64,000 bases of DNA. Origin: a virus. Lineage: Duplodnaviria; Caudoviricetes. The stretch lies in the IMG/VR virus record IMGVR_UViG_3300025809_001850. One strand, written 5' to 3'. The stretch's first letter is position 1. Each line of letters starts with the position of its first letter. Below the pieces are notes generated by a model. The model saw only the letters and a list, made by a program, of their open reading frames with translations, searched no databases and was not told the DNA's origin. Shown here piece by piece: positions 8,248-18,711 of this stretch. A program made the position numbers and the translations under genes.

Positions 8248-10887
8248 ATGAAAAATATAAGTGATATTACCGGGTATGATTACAATGATAAAGATGGATT
8301 TTTCCCCATATCGAATTCAACAGCTACACCAAACAACCGAACGATTCTTAAAAATGCAAGTGATCGTAAAATCAGTAATGCTATGAATCCTTCACTTAAG
8401 CATCGTTGGGATGCCAAGAAAAAAAGACAGGTTAGAGAAATTTCAGACAAAATTAGTGCAGAAGACATTAAAAAGCAAAAACTCAAGAACGAGTTTGAGT
8501 CTGCCAACTCTGCTATTTCACATAAGCAACTTGAAAAGAAACTCAAAAAGGAATCCAAGAAGAAATCCAAGCATCTTAGAAATATGATGCTGGAACCTTT
8601 CAAGGCAAAAGTTGCGGAAATCGCAAATACTATTGAAAGTCGTAGAATCGCAATGATGTATATAATAAAGGGTGCAACTAACCAAGGCAAAACTTACACA
8701 TCAGCAAAGTTCGCAGTTCCTTATTTAATGAAGAAGCAAGGTGTAGATGTTGTTTTTTATACTTACCCTCAAAATGAAATCTTCAATAAGAACGAGTGGA
8801 GAACCAAAGGTTACAAGATTATTGCTATTGGTGAAAATGATCAAAGAATTTCAAGTCAGATTGATTCACTTTTAGATGACATTGAAAATGATGTTGATCC
8901 TGTCAAATATGTAATCGCAATGACCAACAAAACTCTTGCGTGTGCTAAAAGTAGCACTAATCGTGAATCGCATGGAAAATACCTTGCCAAAAAACTTCAT
9001 TCACTTGGTAAGAAAATGGCATTCATTCTGGATGAATGTCACACATGGACGATCAGCCACATAGATGCTTACACTGATGTCACGGGTAACACGGGTGTAC
9101 CTCCTCAGTATGATGCTTCATTGTTTAAGTTTGTTGCTTGGTTGTCTAAGTACACTAAATTTCTGTTCGGACTTACCGCAACTCCTAACTTTGAGCAAAC
9201 TGGATTACGAGATACAATTAAAAAAGAAGCAAAACTTGATTACTCAGTAATCAACGAGTTTCCTGAACGTGAGGATTTGCTTCACGGACAAGCATGGTCA
9301 AAGAAGTTTGATTTCATGGACATGAAAAATGAAAATGACATTCAGACTAAAATTAGAAATATCACACGGGAGCATCTATCGGACAATATGACTTTGTCAG
9401 CTGCTGGACTTAAGGGAACAATGTTTATTCAGTCTAACACAGAGAAATCCACGAATAATAAAGCATTTGATGTGATGGACAGAATGAAGACTGTTGTCAA
9501 GGATTTACTCATTACTGACGATACCATTGATGATATTTATGATTATCTTAATCCTGAGACTGCTTCATTTGCGATTATATCTTCACATGATGACTGGCAA
9601 GGAGTATATTCCCTTGGGTCAGCATCCCGTCCGTACGACAGATTGGGTGGTTATCTCACCGAAACAGAAATCTACAAAAGGTTGGGTAATCCCAACGACC
9701 CACTTACTTTTTTAATTGCAGTTCAAAAAGGAAAAATGGGATTAAGTGTACACTCGTTCAGAAGTCTTATTTCCTTCAAAAATACCGAAAAGAAAGGCAA
9801 AGACGATGATAACAATTCTATCATAGTAACAACTATGCACGTTCAAACACTTGGACGTATGCCAAGATTGTATGTCCGACCGGACAACAAGAACTATGTA
9901 AAAGAATTCGGATATTCCACATTTGAGTATATAGCAAGAGCAAATGAATCAGAACTTAGTATATTGAAACTCAGTAATTCATATAATGTCCTCGTTGCCG
10001 ACTCGCAGACTTGGAGAGAATCTGTTGCCTGCTTCAACAAGCACTATGGTACTTCTCTTGAAATGGCAGAAAAGGAAATCGATAAAGTTCGTGCTGAATA
10101 CCCAAAGGCAAATCAAATTCCGGTCAATCATAACCTCCCAATAAACGGTGGTATTGTTTCAAACAAAAACGGATTTATTCTTGAAGCAAAGGTATGTCAG
10201 GCACTTATTTTTCAGGTGGAAGAACTCAATGAAAAACTTGGATTAACGGGTAACGATATATACAGAGTTCATTATTTCAAGTACAAGAAACTTCTTCCTT
10301 TGATTGATTCTAAGTATCACTATCTGATTGCGTCCTACCCAACCGATAAAACACCCGGTGGTCACAGAAAAATTCTTTCCAATAAAAATGAAGGTGGTGA
10401 GTATTCTATTGATTTAGATGCTTATATTGCTACACAGAATGATCCATTTGATATAGCAATCGGGTTCACAATTAAGAATGCAACCAAAGATCAAAACGGA
10501 GACGGACTATTAAATGGACTGACAGCAATGGAAGTTGATCTTGGGTTCCCTGGAATCGCAATAGTAAATCTTTATAGTGTAGATGAAAAAAAAACCCAAA
10601 AAAAGTCAAATACCTTTGCAAACAAGAAATCATCAAACACCTACGATAAATTTAAGTTTAATCAACACAAGTATAAGAACTCATTGGAAAGTGAAAACTT
10701 CAAGATCTTTGGTTTGAATGATCGGTCCGACTACGAGAAAATCAATTCAGATTTTCGTGACATGATCGGATATTACTATGATGAAGGAAGTGCTGAAATT
10801 GACCGACTTGTTACGAACCACCACACGGAACTCAAAGAAATACCCACCAAAATACCACGAAGAGGTGTGGATTTAATCTTCAGTTAG
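8248..10887 (+). CDS. SF2 (ResIII/DExH-like) helicase with putative C-terminal restriction-endonuclease-fold domain
   Basis: GATNQGKT (motif I), ILDECH (II), GLTATP (III), QTLGRMPR (VI); C-terminal SNKNGFILEAKV...PFDIAIGFTIK resembles PD-(D/E)xK; track start 8179 lies inside the promoter, so start moved to 8248. Confidence 0.75.
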   Translation: MKNISDITGYDYNDKDGFFPISNSTATPNNRTILKNASDRKISNAMNPSLKHRWDAKKKRQVREISDKISAEDIKKQKLKNEFESANSAISHKQLEKKLKKESKKKSKHLRNMMLEPFKAKVAEIANTIESRRIAMMYIIKGATNQGKTYTSAKFAVPYLMKKQGVDVVFYTYPQNEIFNKNEWRTKGYKIIAIGENDQRISSQIDSLLDDIENDVDPVKYVIAMTNKTLACAKSSTNRESHGKYLAKKLHSLGKKMAFILDECHTWTISHIDAYTDVTGNTGVPPQYDASLFKFVAWLSKYTKFLFGLTATPNFEQTGLRDTIKKEAKLDYSVINEFPEREDLLHGQAWSKKFDFMDMKNENDIQTKIRNITREHLSDNMTLSAAGLKGTMFIQSNTEKSTNNKAFDVMDRMKTVVKDLLITDDTIDDIYDYLNPETASFAIISSHDDWQGVYSLGSASRPYDRLGGYLTETEIYKRLGNPNDPLTFLIAVQKGKMGLSVHSFRSLISFKNTEKKGKDDDNNSIIVTTMHVQTLGRMPRLYVRPDNKNYVKEFGYSTFEYIARANESELSILKLSNSYNVLVADSQTWRESVACFNKHYGTSLEMAEKEIDKVRAEYPKANQIPVNHNLPINGGIVSNKNGFILEAKVCQALIFQVEELNEKLGLTGNDIYRVHYFKYKKLLPLIDSKYHYLIASYPTDKTPGGHRKILSNKNEGGEYSIDLDAYIATQNDPFDIAIGFTIKNATKDQNGDGLLNGLTAMEVDLGFPGIAIVNLYSVDEKKTQKKSNTFANKKSSNTYDKFKFNQHKYKNSLESENFKIFGLNDRSDYEKINSDFRDMIGYYYDEGSAEIDRLVTNHHTELKEIPTKIPRRGVDLIFS

Positions 10888-11777
10888 TGCTTGATATCAA
10901 TCAATCCATTTTCATTGTAAACAACAAACGGCATTGCATTGGTAGTATGAGCAACACCATAATTACCTTTAGAATCAATTCCAATGTACCCATAAAAATG
11001 TTTTCGTTGTTTTGCTTCTACAAAAGTTTTGTTGAATGCTTCTTTCAAAGACATTCCATCACGAATTCTCGTTTCTGTTTTTGAAGCAACTGCATCGTTG
11101 GTAATTTGTTCTCCGATACCTGTGACGGTAACAGCTGCAAACTTACTTGCATAATTTCCTGCGATTGTCCCAGAATCCGAAACTCTTCCTGGCATTTCAT
11201 TTCCGATACCACCGGTTGATGATCCACTTGCTAATTGTCCTTTGCTATCAATGACCACACAACCAACTGTATCATGTTCTGCCGTAGATGGGTAGTTTTG
11301 TTTGTGAAGATTACTTAACCACCTTTTAGATTTATCCTCGGTCAAATTAGAAGCAACGGGTAACTTCATTTCTCTTGCAAGTAATTCAGCACCTGGTGAA
11401 GCAAGAACCTTGGCATTTCTATTTTGAAGTTTTTCCGCAAGTTTACTTGGATTGCTGATGTAAGGAACAGATACAACTCCACTGAAGTTTTGTTTGTGTC
11501 CATTCATTATACTTGAAGTTAATCGTGGAACACCATCAGATTGTAATGCACTTCCGATACCTGCGTTGAATTGTTCATCATTTTCAAGCATTTCAAGACA
11601 TTGAACTACAACCTTAATTGCCGATTTGCCAGACTTTAAATTGGACATACATATATCCGCCATATTTTCTATTGATGCAATTGCTGATTTTAAAGCATTT
11701 CCTTTTGGATCAATCGGACTTGCTCCTCCGTGAATAATGATTAAAGGTAATTGTTCTTTTCCGTAAAATTGATTCAC
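10884..11777 (-). CDS. iaaA: isoaspartyl peptidase / L-asparaginase (Ntn hydrolase)
   Basis: IIHGGA, FNAGIGS, catalytic HDTVGCVVID, STGG, PGRVSDS, TGIGE. Confidence 0.9.
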   Translation of the reverse strand: MNQFYGKEQLPLIIIHGGASPIDPKGNALKSAIASIENMADICMSNLKSGKSAIKVVVQCLEMLENDEQFNAGIGSALQSDGVPRLTSSIMNGHKQNFSGVVSVPYISNPSKLAEKLQNRNAKVLASPGAELLAREMKLPVASNLTEDKSKRWLSNLHKQNYPSTAEHDTVGCVVIDSKGQLASGSSTGGIGNEMPGRVSDSGTIAGNYASKFAAVTVTGIGEQITNDAVASKTETRIRDGMSLKEAFNKTFVEAKQRKHFYGYIGIDSKGNYGVAHTTNAMPFVVYNENGLIDIKH

Positions 11778-11861
11778 ATAATATAAGTATTTAATTATAT
11801 TTATATAAACGCAAACTGAGTATTCTAAACAAAATTAGGACATACAATCGAGAAACAATAA

Positions 11862-14738
11862 ATGAGTGAAATTAAAGTAGGAGATTTTTATAATTCAGAT
11901 GGCGAGATCACGCAAGAGGATATTCAGTATTTTTTACACGGACTGAAGACTACACTCTTTTCGGAGGCAAACACTACAGAATTTGAAAAATCAAATATAA
12001 CACACAAAGAAAACTTTCGTGGTCCTGGATTTTATGAAGTTCTTAAACTTACATTAATTTCGGGTTCAGAAGTTCCAGATCCAACATTCTACACAGAATT
12101 AACAAGCAACAATACAATAACTTGGACTTGGACTAAAATCGATGGAGCAGTAAAATATTTAATTAAAATAAATGAAGAATCTAAAAATCCAGTAACTACA
12201 GAAGAATATACTATTAGTAATTTAACTGATGGTTCATACAAAATAAGTGTCGCAAGTGAAAATAATGCAGGTATAATTAGCAATTATGGTACACATAAGG
12301 TAGAAGTTGATTCTACTGCTCCTGATGTTCCTGCTCCATCACCGACAACAACAACAACTAATACAACTCCAAACTGGATATGGAAACGTGTAACTGATGC
12401 AGTTAACTATGAGGTTAACCTAAATGGAGAAAGCAAAGGTTCTCAAACCGGAAACAGTTATACTGCACCCACTTTGCAAAATGGAGAATACACAATTTCT
12501 GTGATTGCGATTGATGTGGTGGGAAACAGAAGTGTTGCAGGAACTCACACACTAACAATCAATGCAGATGGTGATTCTGAAAATGCTGAGTTTACAATGA
12601 ATACATCAAATGCAACTGATATGCAATATATGTTTAGTGGTTGTTCATCACTCGTTGAGTTAAATGCTACTAATTGGGATACATCAGCAGTTAAAGAAAT
12701 GGATTATATGTTCAATGCTTGTTCATCTTTGACTTTCGTTGATCTTGGAAAATGGGATGTTTCCAACACAACTGGAGGTGATGCAGACGTAAATGGCATG
12801 ACTTATATGTTTAATGGTTGTTTATCGTTAGACAACAATGGAGTAAACTTCTCCAAGTGGTGTGTAAGTCAATACACAGATGAACCAAGAAACTTCCGAA
12901 CAGAAGGTGTTAAGTTTGTAGAAAAACCAGATTGGGGATTTGCTTGTGAAAACAAAACCCCTGGTCCTATTTCTTCTCCTCCGTATGATTACATTGAATT
13001 AAAATACGATAGAGATATTGCACATTTAATCACGGCAGCGTACACAAGTAAGCAAAGAATTTACTTGCCATTCACCGACTATGGAACGGGAACAACGATT
13101 GAATGGGCAGATGGAAATGTAACATACAAAGAAGGAGTAATTGCATCTACTAATACAACAAACGATTCAGATACTACTATACTCACTTCGAAATACACTA
13201 CAGGTTCAACTATTACTATAAAAGTATATGGAGATGTCAAAAAATTCCTTGGAGCAACTGGTCCACATAATTCATATTGGCGATCCAATATGATTTGGCA
13301 TTCAAATACTGCGTTGAAAAGTGTAAAAATTGTGGGAATGTCAAGTATCATCCACTGCCAACGTGCGTTTGCTAATGCAATCAACTTAGAATCAGTTGAT
13401 TTAACTGAGTTTGATTCAAGCAATGTAATTAATATGGATTATATGTTTTACAAATGCAGTAGCATTGAGACACTCGATTTAAGTAACCAAGACGTAAGCA
13501 ACGTAACTAATTTCGGAAATTTCTTTGATGGTTGCTCTGCATTAACTGATCTGAATATAACAACATGGCAAACCACCGAAGCAACCGCAATGAATCATAT
13601 GTTCAGAAATTGTTCAGATTTACCTTATATCGCACCATCATCCGATAACAATCGTGCAACTGCTGAGTTTACATTGAATACATCAAAAGTTGCTGATATG
13701 AATCATATGTTTAGTGGTTGTTCATCACTTGTAAAACTGCATCCAACCAACTGGGATACATCAGCAGTTAAAGAAATGGATTATATGTTCAATGCTTGTT
13801 CATCTTTGACTTTCGTTGATCTTGGAAAATGGGATGTTTCCAACACAACTGGAGGTGATGCAGACGTAAATGGCATGACTTATATGTTTAATGGTTGTTT
13901 ATCGTTAGACAACAATGGAGTAAACTTCTCCAAGTGGTGTGTAAGTCAATACACAGATGAACCAAGAAACTTCCGAACAGAAGGTGTTAAGTTTGTAGAA
14001 AAACCAGATTGGGGATTTGCTTGTGAAAACAAAACCCCTGGTCCTATTTCTTCTCCTCCGTATGATTACATTGAATTAAAATACGATAGAGATATTGCAC
14101 ATTTAATCACGGCAGCGTACACAAGTAAGCAAAGAATTTACTTGCCATTCACCGACTATGGAACGGGAACAACGATTGAATGGGCAGATGGAAATGTAAC
14201 ATACAAAGAAGGAGTAATTGCATCTACTAATACAACAAACGATTCAGATACTACTATACTCACTTCGAAATACACTACAGGTTCAACTATTACTATAAAA
14301 GTATATGGAGATGTCAAAAAATTCCTTGGAGCAACTGGTCCACATAATTCATATTGGCGATCCAATATGATTTGGCATTCAAATACTGCGTTGAAAAGTG
14401 TAAAAATTGTGGGAATGTCAAGTATCATCCACTGCCAACGTGCGTTTGCTAATGCAATCAACTTAGAATCAGTTGATTTAACTGAGTTTGATTCAAGCAA
14501 TGTAACGAATATGAAATATATGTTCTATAATTGCAGTAAAATTGAAACAATGAATTTAACTGGTTTATTTGATGTAAGCAAAGTAACTGATTTCACTAGT
14601 ACATTTTACAATTGCTCTTCATTGACTGATTTGAATATATCAACATGGCAAACCAACGAAGCAATTACTTTTTATAGTATGTTCAGAAATTGTAGTTCAC
14701 TGGAACATATAGCACCAACCGCAGTAACATCTGAATAA
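11862..14738 (+). CDS. large surface/fibre protein with Ig/Fn3-like domains and DUF285 (BspA-type) leucine-rich repeats
   Basis: WTWTKIDGAVKY and WIWKRVTDAVNY beta-sandwich repeats; repeated xDTSxVxxMxxMFxxCxxL units; internal 359-aa duplication. Confidence 0.8.
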   Translation: MSEIKVGDFYNSDGEITQEDIQYFLHGLKTTLFSEANTTEFEKSNITHKENFRGPGFYEVLKLTLISGSEVPDPTFYTELTSNNTITWTWTKIDGAVKYLIKINEESKNPVTTEEYTISNLTDGSYKISVASENNAGIISNYGTHKVEVDSTAPDVPAPSPTTTTTNTTPNWIWKRVTDAVNYEVNLNGESKGSQTGNSYTAPTLQNGEYTISVIAIDVVGNRSVAGTHTLTINADGDSENAEFTMNTSNATDMQYMFSGCSSLVELNATNWDTSAVKEMDYMFNACSSLTFVDLGKWDVSNTTGGDADVNGMTYMFNGCLSLDNNGVNFSKWCVSQYTDEPRNFRTEGVKFVEKPDWGFACENKTPGPISSPPYDYIELKYDRDIAHLITAAYTSKQRIYLPFTDYGTGTTIEWADGNVTYKEGVIASTNTTNDSDTTILTSKYTTGSTITIKVYGDVKKFLGATGPHNSYWRSNMIWHSNTALKSVKIVGMSSIIHCQRAFANAINLESVDLTEFDSSNVINMDYMFYKCSSIETLDLSNQDVSNVTNFGNFFDGCSALTDLNITTWQTTEATAMNHMFRNCSDLPYIAPSSDNNRATAEFTLNTSKVADMNHMFSGCSSLVKLHPTNWDTSAVKEMDYMFNACSSLTFVDLGKWDVSNTTGGDADVNGMTYMFNGCLSLDNNGVNFSKWCVSQYTDEPRNFRTEGVKFVEKPDWGFACENKTPGPISSPPYDYIELKYDRDIAHLITAAYTSKQRIYLPFTDYGTGTTIEWADGNVTYKEGVIASTNTTNDSDTTILTSKYTTGSTITIKVYGDVKKFLGATGPHNSYWRSNMIWHSNTALKSVKIVGMSSIIHCQRAFANAINLESVDLTEFDSSNVTNMKYMFYNCSKIETMNLTGLFDVSKVTDFTSTFYNCSSLTDLNISTWQTNEAITFYSMFRNCSSLEHIAPTAVTSE
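12584..14717 (+). repeat. tandem intragenic duplication, period 1077 bp (about 12584-13637 and 13661-14717)
   Basis: Core 12675-13428 appears identical to 13752-14505; duplicated antisense ORFs at 13079 and 14156 are identical. Confidence 0.9.
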
Positions 14739-14788
14739 AGAATGGAAAAAACTTTAATTGGTAAAACCTAACGGGTATATCATTGAAA

Positions 14789-15496
14789 TTAATCCAACCA
14801 ACGAATTGTAAACAACGTTGATTTGGTATTCGTGTAATTAGTATGTGGTAAATTTGGATACCAATAAACAAAATCTCCTTGAGTATTCATTTCGCATCGT
14901 TTATCTTGAAACTGAATTTTAAACTCCCCGTCAGTTAATACGCACATACTTTTCCAATCTTCGTTTATTATTTCATCATTCAATTTTGGTTGACGAATAT
15001 AAGGAACTTCGTGACGAATTGACCATTTGAATTCAAGATTGTCAGAATAAAATTGTGGATGTTTGTTTTGATCAACAAACGGTCCTATAACCCAATTTTT
15101 ATACAGATTCGTGTAATTAGAAACGTTTCCGTATCGTTTACCTTCGTAGTTACTTTTCCAACGCAAAACAATTGCGACACAATCTATGTTGATGTGAAAC
15201 TTAGGATGACGAACAGAATCGTGAACTGCATAATCACCATAATTAGAAAGCAAAATACTTTCTGATTCGTATTTAACAAACATTTCTCCTTTGATTAAAA
15301 ATACTGCTTCGCACCAATCGTAATCTCTTCCAATTTCTGTTTGATTACGAATTTCACCTGCTTTCCAATTACACCATCTAAAATAAACACTATCGGTGTG
15401 TGTTCTGCACATATTATTTTTAAATGGAGCAAGAACCCATCCGTCTTTATCGGCGATAGATGACACATTATTATTTTGAATATCACTATATTTCAT
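14789..15496 (-). CDS. tandem double-cupin protein
   Basis: Two homologous halves (GWVLAPF..FRW..AVFLIKGEMFV..GDYAVH and NWVIGPF..FKW..CVLTDGEFKI..GDFVYWYPNLPH); AGGAG RBS upstream. Confidence 0.65.
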   Translation of the reverse strand: MKYSDIQNNNVSSIADKDGWVLAPFKNNMCRTHTDSVYFRWCNWKAGEIRNQTEIGRDYDWCEAVFLIKGEMFVKYESESILLSNYGDYAVHDSVRHPKFHINIDCVAIVLRWKSNYEGKRYGNVSNYTNLYKNWVIGPFVDQNKHPQFYSDNLEFKWSIRHEVPYIRQPKLNDEIINEDWKSMCVLTDGEFKIQFQDKRCEMNTQGDFVYWYPNLPHTNYTNTKSTLFTIRWLD

Positions 15497-15582
15497 AGAA
15501 TCTCCTATATTATCATTTGTTGTAACGTAAAGTCAATTCAGAATAAGTATTAAACAAAACTGACTAACGAATATTTATATTT

Positions 15583-18033
15583 GTGACGATATATTTGCAG
15601 ACAGAAACTGATTTAATATCTTATGAACTAGGTGATGATATAAATCCTCCTACAAAGGTATTGTTTTTGGTATCTGATGCCCAATTAAGTGATGTAGACA
15701 GACGGTTTACATTAGAGTATGCGTATGAGTATGCTCAACCGGTTGGTAACACAGAGGATATTCAACTACCATTCGTTGTTGAACTTGAAAACAAGTTTTA
15801 TTATTCACTTCCGTGGAGAACGATTCAATTAATAGATGAAACCTTACCTGGTACAGGAGGAGAAACTCCTACTCCTTCTCCGAGTCCAACTACAACAATT
15901 ACACCGACTTTTTTTGAGGAAGAACCACTTGGAGAATATATTTATGATAGTATGGAAGCAACAAGTATAACAGGAGGATCAGACGGAAACTCTGTTGTTG
16001 GGTACAACGACAGAAGTTTAACTACGATTCAAGGTGTAAACGGAGTAACTGGATTATCTCTTGATAACAATGTTGTTACACTTACAGAAACAGGAAGATA
16101 TTATTTAAAAGCCCGTGGTGATGCTTGGAAACCAAGATATGTAAATACTAGTATTAATTTTATAAGTGGTGATTATGCAGGTGACGTATTTGACGGACCA
16201 CAAAGATGGGCAGATGATTCTGCAAAAGATCTTATTGTTACTGAAAATAGTGTTGTGGTTGATATAACTCAACCCACATCTTTGAAAGTACAAACAAAGG
16301 TGACAATAGGACAAACTTTTGGACTAGGTCACGGAGGAGCAACTTTATTCGTTCAGAAACTTGCGAATGCTGATGGTGGTGGTTCTTCAAGTGGTGTTGA
16401 AATAGGAAATGCAGATGTATTTAAAGACAAAAGTAACTTCAATGGAACGTTGCCAAGTGTTATTTACACAACATACCAAACTTTTATGTTTGCGTTGACA
16501 TTAACCGATATAGATGAAAATCCCGTAACCAATGCACCCACGGGTAGAATTTATTACCGATTTCCATATAGTAATAATGACGGAGGATGGTGGTTAGAGT
16601 TTTCCAACAATTCAGACGGAACTGTAATGTCTGCTTATGGAGTTTCACACCAATCGGTGAATGGTACGCAACTTTCTTCTTTACAAGAATATATTGATAA
16701 TGGATATGCTACGTTCCTTGGAAGTGGTGGAGGTGGTTCTTCTTTAAGTAATGGTTCTTCAACATTTTCATCACTAACAGATACACCATCTGAACTTTCT
16801 GCCGGAAAATACATCAAAGTAAATGATGAAGGGAATGGAATTGAATTTGTGGACGCACCGAGTGGTGATTCTTCTTCAAGTGGTGGTTCTTCAAGTGGAG
16901 GTTCTTCCAACTTTTATGGAGCGAATATATTTTTGACACAAGGGACGTTAGCAATAAAATCACAAACATCTGATTTTATTGAGTCGATCATCATGGTGGG
17001 TAATACGAATAACTTTGATATAACATTCAAGGACGGTATTTTCACAGAGCCACCAATTATGGTTTCCACCGCGGTAAATACGTCCGATAATTATCTTGAA
17101 GGAGTTCTTGTAAAATCAGATGCCTCTAGTGGAGATCTTTACGCTAGTGGTAAGAAGATGACAATAAGGTGGGAGTTGACTAGTGCGATTCGTTCTTATA
17201 TGACCACTGCGATTGACGGGGTTGGAGCAAATTTAGTCTTCATGAAAACCGGAGCCGATTTTGATGCTGGTTCTTCAAGTGGTGGTTCTCCTGCTGGTTC
17301 GGGTGGTGGTTCTTCTGGTGGAGCAGGTAGCTTGCAAGTCATTAAAGATAAGTCAAATTTTTACACAGATTTACCAGATGCAATTGTATGGCCACATTCT
17401 CCGGTAAGCACAGAGGCAGCTGACAGATCAGAAGCAATTTTACATTTAAAATATGTACATGAACCACATCCAACAAATGGGGTTGCAATAGATATATTTT
17501 ATGAATGCAGAGATGTAAATCAAGGAGGTGTATTTTTAGGATTTGGATTCAACAACAACTCAAATGGTGATTACGCACATTTGTATAGTAGTATTGCACA
17601 CTTCCAAGATATCCCAAGTGCTACAAATTCATTAAAATGGTTCATTGAAAATAATCGTGCGATTTATTATGGTGGAGGTAGTGGAAGTACATCAACCTTT
17701 TCATTGTCCAACAAAACTAAAGAAGTTCTGGTTGATACAAGCACTACGTCAATAACAGAATCTTCCGAAGAAACATCCAGTGGATTTTCAAATCCACCAT
17801 ACAAAGTTTTTCACAATGGATACGAATTCTTTTTGGTGTCACATACACAAGATTATATCAAATACCAAGGACTTGATGCAGATGATCTTATTCACACTAT
17901 ATTCTTTGAAAATGATGAAATGGGAACTTTGAAATCAGTTAGTGACGATAATAATACGGTATTTTTTGTGGGTGTATCTGATTTAAAGATTATGATAGAC
18001 AACGGAAATTGTGAATATCTTGATTCTCAATAA
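15583..18033 (+). CDS. putative tail fibre / virion adhesin, modular
   Basis: GTG start after ATATTTAT; PTPSPSP linker; Gly/Ser linkers; fibre-type FSSLTDTP..GKYIKVNDEGNGIEF motif; N-terminal domain shared with 49022. Confidence 0.65.
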   Translation: MTIYLQTETDLISYELGDDINPPTKVLFLVSDAQLSDVDRRFTLEYAYEYAQPVGNTEDIQLPFVVELENKFYYSLPWRTIQLIDETLPGTGGETPTPSPSPTTTITPTFFEEEPLGEYIYDSMEATSITGGSDGNSVVGYNDRSLTTIQGVNGVTGLSLDNNVVTLTETGRYYLKARGDAWKPRYVNTSINFISGDYAGDVFDGPQRWADDSAKDLIVTENSVVVDITQPTSLKVQTKVTIGQTFGLGHGGATLFVQKLANADGGGSSSGVEIGNADVFKDKSNFNGTLPSVIYTTYQTFMFALTLTDIDENPVTNAPTGRIYYRFPYSNNDGGWWLEFSNNSDGTVMSAYGVSHQSVNGTQLSSLQEYIDNGYATFLGSGGGGSSLSNGSSTFSSLTDTPSELSAGKYIKVNDEGNGIEFVDAPSGDSSSSGGSSSGGSSNFYGANIFLTQGTLAIKSQTSDFIESIIMVGNTNNFDITFKDGIFTEPPIMVSTAVNTSDNYLEGVLVKSDASSGDLYASGKKMTIRWELTSAIRSYMTTAIDGVGANLVFMKTGADFDAGSSSGGSPAGSGGGSSGGAGSLQVIKDKSNFYTDLPDAIVWPHSPVSTEAADRSEAILHLKYVHEPHPTNGVAIDIFYECRDVNQGGVFLGFGFNNNSNGDYAHLYSSIAHFQDIPSATNSLKWFIENNRAIYYGGGSGSTSTFSLSNKTKEVLVDTSTTSITESSEETSSGFSNPPYKVFHNGYEFFLVSHTQDYIKYQGLDADDLIHTIFFENDEMGTLKSVSDDNNTVFFVGVSDLKIMIDNGNCEYLDSQ

Positions 18034-18080
18034 AAATATTTGTATTGAAAAATGAATAAAGTTGTGTTATATTCACAACA

Positions 18081-18710
18081 ATGAAATCAAAGGCAAATAT
18101 ATTTCAAGATATTATTCAAGATGCACGTGAAAAACATCGTTTGTTGGTCGTGAACACTCGTTTAAAATTAAAAGAACTTGAAAAACCATTTCTATGCCTT
18201 AGACTTGCCTTCAAACAACCAAAAGTTAAAAACAGAACATACAAAATTAAAGGACTAGAACCACGACATCTCAGCATTTTACCCATCAATTCAAAAAAAC
18301 GAACATCAACTGGTTTCATATCCGTGCATAACAATGCTTCGTTTTTTGGGTACGAACTTTCTAAAGTTAAATTAGATTTTGTAAAAATGCAATCAGATGG
18401 TTACGACAAAGAATTATTAACACTTGAAAGAAAACTACACGAAGAGTTTTCCAACAAAACCAGAGTAATGATAATGTCTGCGGAAATAGATATGGCTGCC
18501 AATGAAATTTTTGAAAGTGATGTAGATTTTTATTTGGCATCAAAAGCATATAAAGTCAACCGACTGCATTCTACACCACGACACACCGGTAAAATTGTAG
18601 GTTTAGAATATAATCCACATATGGCAGAAATAAACGCAAAAGTAAAATCTGAACATCAAGGAGAACAAATTATTGACAACGAACAACATATTGTTAATAT
18701 ATGGGATTGA
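18081..18710 (+). CDS. hypothetical protein
   Basis: 209-aa basic ORF. Confidence 0.7.
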   Translation: MKSKANIFQDIIQDAREKHRLLVVNTRLKLKELEKPFLCLRLAFKQPKVKNRTYKIKGLEPRHLSILPINSKKRTSTGFISVHNNASFFGYELSKVKLDFVKMQSDGYDKELLTLERKLHEEFSNKTRVMIMSAEIDMAANEIFESDVDFYLASKAYKVNRLHSTPRHTGKIVGLEYNPHMAEINAKVKSEHQGEQIIDNEQHIVNIWD

Positions 18711-18711
18711 T

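Noticed and set aside
13079-14500. Identical minus-strand 114-aa ORFs at 13079 and 14156
   Set aside because: Antisense shadows of the duplicated segment of the 11862 gene, with no independent support.
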